A stretch of DNA of 64,000 bases from NCBI RefSeq assembly GCF_009914755.1, contig NC_060925.1; one strand, written 5' to 3'. Position 1 is the stretch's first letter. Every line of letters starts with the position of its first letter. The stretch is from the human T2T-CHM13v2.0 reference genome, Homo sapiens. Under the pieces are notes generated by a model. That model saw only the letters and a program-made list of their open reading frames with translations, had not been told where the DNA came from and searched no databases. Shown one piece after another: positions 52,215-64,000 of the stretch. A program made the translations under genes and the position numbers.

Positions 52215-54703
52215 TGATCGCCCGCCTCAGCCTCCTGAAGTGCTGGGATTACAAGTGTGAGCCACCGTGCCCAGCCTTGTTTTTAACAATGTAATGTCTT
52301 TCGCTCTTTAAAGAGATGGATTATAGTGATTATAATGCTTACAAAGTATGTAATTAACAGAACTAAATACTTGGGTATCTGTGAATATAAGCCTTTGGTT
52401 CATGTTTAGCAAACTTTCTTTTTTTAACCTAAAAATGGTTATTTCTATATATTCTGACCAAGCCATATTTAACATTTTAAATTTTTATTTAATGATCGGA
52501 CTTGGTGATGTAGAACAGGAATTCTGTTAACCTCATTTTGCATATTTATATTCTAGACCATTCTACCTTTTATACTTTTATTTATATTCTAGATTATTAT
52601 ACTTTTAAAATACTATGCATGTGTATTAAATAGAGTATACTTAAGACACTAATACCAAACTTTTGTCTTTGCTTGTGAATCATCAGATCTTTACGGACTC
52701 TATATAACATGGAATCATTATATATGTGCTGTGGTTTCTCAGAATTAACATATAACTTTATATCTACGTGGGCTTTTACGTGTTTTACTCACTCATTTCC
52801 AAAAGCAAATAGCAAGTATAGAGATCTGATTTTAAGTTTGTTTTTTTCTGGACTTCAAATTGGGATTGGATATCAGATATTTTGTTAATATACTTGTTTT
52901 TAAATTGTCATCAGATTTGTTTTTGTATTATTAAATTATGTGTAGATTAATGAATTCATTCAACAAGTACTTATTGAGCATTTGTGTCAGATCCTGTTCT
53001 TGTTGCTGGTCATACAGCTGTGAATAAGACAGATGAGCCTTGTTTAGAGAGAGAAGTCAGAGATACTTCTCTCAGGAGGTAACAGTTGAGCAGAGAGACT
53101 TGGATAGCATTCCTCTACGTCAAGGCAGGGATCAAGACTGAGGTCCAGTAGAGCAACAGCAAGGAGGCCAGTGTTGCTAGAGTTTGGAGAACTAAGGGAA
53201 AAGTCATCAGGGATTAGATACTCCCATCTTATGCGATCTGCCTGGTTCTTCCTGACTTCAATATATAATTCATGGCTGAAGATTTAGTTTAAATTCTTAT
53301 GTGATTTGGTTATTGACATCTTGGGAACAGAACTTGCCTACTAATCATTTCCCTAAGTGCGACAGAACTTGCCCGCTGATCATTCCCTGAGTGAATTAGT
53401 CGTAGAATGAAGTTGTTACCCTTGGGGAGCCATCAAAGTAAGTTTTTTGTTATTTTTGTGATTGTTGTTTTTACTTTTCTCATCCATCCCTGTACCTCTG
53501 AAATGCCATGAAATGGTTTTATTATCTGAGCTTCTTTGCAAGTAGTAAAATCTGTGATGGGTTTTACAGTGATGCTTTGTACAGAGCAGTTTTTCTAAAA
53601 TTTAAGGATAGCTTCTTTATTGATCAGTATGAGAATGATGTGATTCTGCGGCATCATCAGAGACTGTTCTAAATATACTGAAAGAGGTGAATTTAAGCAA
53701 TATACTGAAGTATACTGAAAAGAGAGGTGAACTTAAGCAAATTTATGCTGTGTGATTTTTAAAGAATAGTCATGAAAAAGGCATTGTGTAGGAATGCAAC
53801 AGAAAGACTAAAAATGGTTAAATTGCTGATAGTTATATTAATACCCAGTTTGAATCTCTGTGTTGCTTGTGATCTGATTTATGCAGTTGTTAGAATTAAT
53901 ACATAGAGAAATTTGAACTTGAAAGCTTTGAAGTTCTCAGATAATTATTTTTTAGTTGTGTCTCAGACTTACGTTTTCAATTTAATATTTTTTTCTCTTC
54001 TTTTCTGCTTTGGAATTACTACCTATTTGTGAGCTTGTGAGTTGCACCAACTTTCTACCTTATTCTCCAGTCAAGAAAGTTTCTCCTTTATAATATCCAC
54101 CCAGACATACAGTGATGTTAAATGTATGTTAAAAGGCTTTGCTGCCCAGATGTAACTTCCTTCCTAATTTATGTATAGTTCATTTTTGCAGCCATTGTTC
54201 TCCAAGGTTTTGATATGCCTGGTTGATGTACATAGTTAATAAAATTAGGATCAGTCTATGTATCTTTTAAGTTAAACATCAGATTTCTGTTATATGCAAG
54301 ACTAAATTATGCAGACGGCTAGAATATTTTTATACAGATAATTTCCTATATATATATGTTGTAGAGAAGGATATGTTTTGATAATCACATTTCATAAGAA
54401 TCATGGGTTAGTGAAAGTTTTTATAGAAGTAAAGGCCCCAGGGAGAGTGCTTTGATAATATTTTATGAAAGTAAGAATTATTCAAACTTATAGCAACAGA
54501 AACCCAGGTATCTTTAAAGTTACAAGTTTGTATAGTTGGGTTTCTGGTTAACTTTTGACTTAGGCCATGAAATACGTTTCACAGTAAAGATTCCAGAGGC
54601 CCAAGCCATGAAATTGTTGATTTGATAGATAACTTTTCCAAGTTTGGAGCTTTTCCCCCAAATTTGTTGCTTGGGTTCTATAATGTTTAAGAAACACTAG
54701 GTT

Positions 54704-63313
<8,610 letters not shown>

Positions 63314-64000
63314 CCAGTATAGTAGATTTTACAAAACTATGCTTCATTGTGTCATACTGGCAGTATTACATTTACATTTTATATTAGAAACCTCTTGTAG
63401 ATCATCGAAGACTAGTCCATAGTACATAGTAACTGGTTCTAAGTGACTGAATAATTTCAGTCAACATATTTTCTGTGTAACAGATCAAAGGAGAAATAAC
63501 TGCTGGTGATGAACAGCAGTGTGGAGGTTTTGTTGCCTATGGTTGATCAGCTGCCTGAATCCTGAGTTGTCTCATAGGGTGGCATTATGTTAGTAATTTG
63601 CTGTAGCCCAGAGAAAGGCTGAGAAACTAAGTAATGTTAGTATACCATGAGAAACTGATTCATTTTAATTAAGCTTATGAGAGTAGCATTTGAAATCAAA
63701 TGCTGATTTATTAATTTGCAGTGATAAATGTAATTAACAAGGGCACTGGATTCTCACCTCTAGCACATAACATGTTCTCTGTGTAAAGCTACATTGGAAA
63801 TCACAGTGTACTGTGCAATGAGCATATAATAAATTATATCCTTCAAATGTTTAGTGGTATTAAAGTAGTCTGTTATTTTTAACTCTTCATTAAAAAAAAG
63901 GACTTGTTGCAAGTCCAGGGTACCTTTCCCCTTGGGCACTGCTTAGATAGGTTTTGATTTGCCATTGTGATTTCTATTCCTTGTTGTGTCTGACTAATCC

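Overview
Primate, almost certainly human, genomic DNA from the GLRX2-CDC73 locus (1q31). The left end holds the 5' part of GLRX2 (glutaredoxin 2) on the minus strand: exon 2 at 349-412, mitochondrial first exon Ia (CDS 4472-4590) and alternative first exon Ib/Ic (CDS 4725-4846), all first exons inside a CpG island. About 16 kb of nested transposon debris follows (Alu, MaLR/ERV LTRs, an ERV1 internal remnant split by an old L1, hAT MITEs). CDC73 (parafibromin, PAF1 complex) then runs head-to-head on the plus strand: CpG-island promoter, coding exons 1-10 (c.1-972, 324 codons; boundaries read from the sequence, intron 9 is GC-AG), the MIR1278 hairpin in intron 5, and the first ~12 kb of intron 10. 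Most other ORFs in the supplied track are Alu/L1/simple-repeat noise. The most unusual signals are: (1) a perfect 50-bp copy of the GLRX2 exon-Ia/intron junction inside an upstream Alu, flanked by inverted repeats; (2) an open in-frame 43-codon Arg-rich, Tat-like N-terminal extension of CDC73 with near-cognate starts (PTEN-Long-like hypothesis); (3) a MER58 hAT element carrying a ~300-bp copy of neighbouring DNA; (4) MIR1278 apparently formed by inverted duplication within a MIR SINE; (5) an ~850-bp AT-rich minisatellite with a 75-bp palindrome in intron 10. These are hypotheses from reading the sequence; no search was run, and repeat family names and boundaries are approximate.
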